Of a DNA stretch of 20,000 nt, positions 19,970 to 20,000 are shown in pieces. The notes beneath the pieces were generated by a model. The model ran no database searches, was not told where the DNA came from, and was given only the letters and a program-made list of their open reading frames with translations. Within the stretch, counting starts at the first letter, position 1; each line of letters starts with the position of its first letter. Both the position numbers and the translations under genes were made by a program. The stretch comes from Chiloscyllium plagiosum (Eukaryota). The stretch lies in assembly GCF_004010195.1 (NCBI RefSeq), contig NC_057759.1, positions 3,440,545-3,460,544 on the forward strand, in the 5' to 3' direction.

Positions 19970-20000
19970 CCACTGAAGATGTTACCTAGTAGGGTGACTA
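19970..20000 (+). ncRNA. Hammerhead motif in the 3' pseudo-LTR (cut by the window edge, probably mutated)
   Basis: CCA-CTGAAGA-T-GTTACC(TAGTAG)GGTGAC-TA; the G of GAAA appears replaced by T. Confidence 0.6.

Larger units (their letters stand above)
17227..20000 (+). mobile_element. Penelope-like element (Penelope/Poseidon type) with direct pseudo-LTRs; runs off the window end
   Basis: Direct repeat starting at 17227 and 19773; internal RT + GIY-YIG ORF with stops and frameshifts. Confidence 0.93.

Overview
Eukaryotic, repeat-rich genomic DNA, most likely from a cartilaginous fish (inferred from HE1-type tRNA-derived SINEs sharing CR1-type tails). It contains part of a histone cluster: an intact H3.2 gene and a divergent linker histone H1 gene, both on the - strand, each with a 3' stem-loop. 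Around them are a 49-bp degenerate satellite, a CpG-rich probable promoter/first exon, three SINEs, CR1 and Rex1/Babar LINE fragments, a 1.1-kb tandem duplication, two convergent Gypsy LTR relics (one with the Gmr1-like PR-IN-RT order) and a near full-length decayed Penelope-like element (RT + GIY-YIG). There are two assembly gaps (5793-5824, 9200-9699). Most interesting: (1) minimal hammerhead ribozyme motifs, one inside a 212-bp non-coding palindromic element flanked by a perfect 15-bp target-site duplication and others in the Penelope pseudo-LTRs; (2) an H1 gene combining replication-dependent 3' signals with an H1.0/H5-like promoter and helix 3, plus a TG-box/H1-box pair exactly 354 bp apart. 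Family assignments are from remembered motifs, not database searches.
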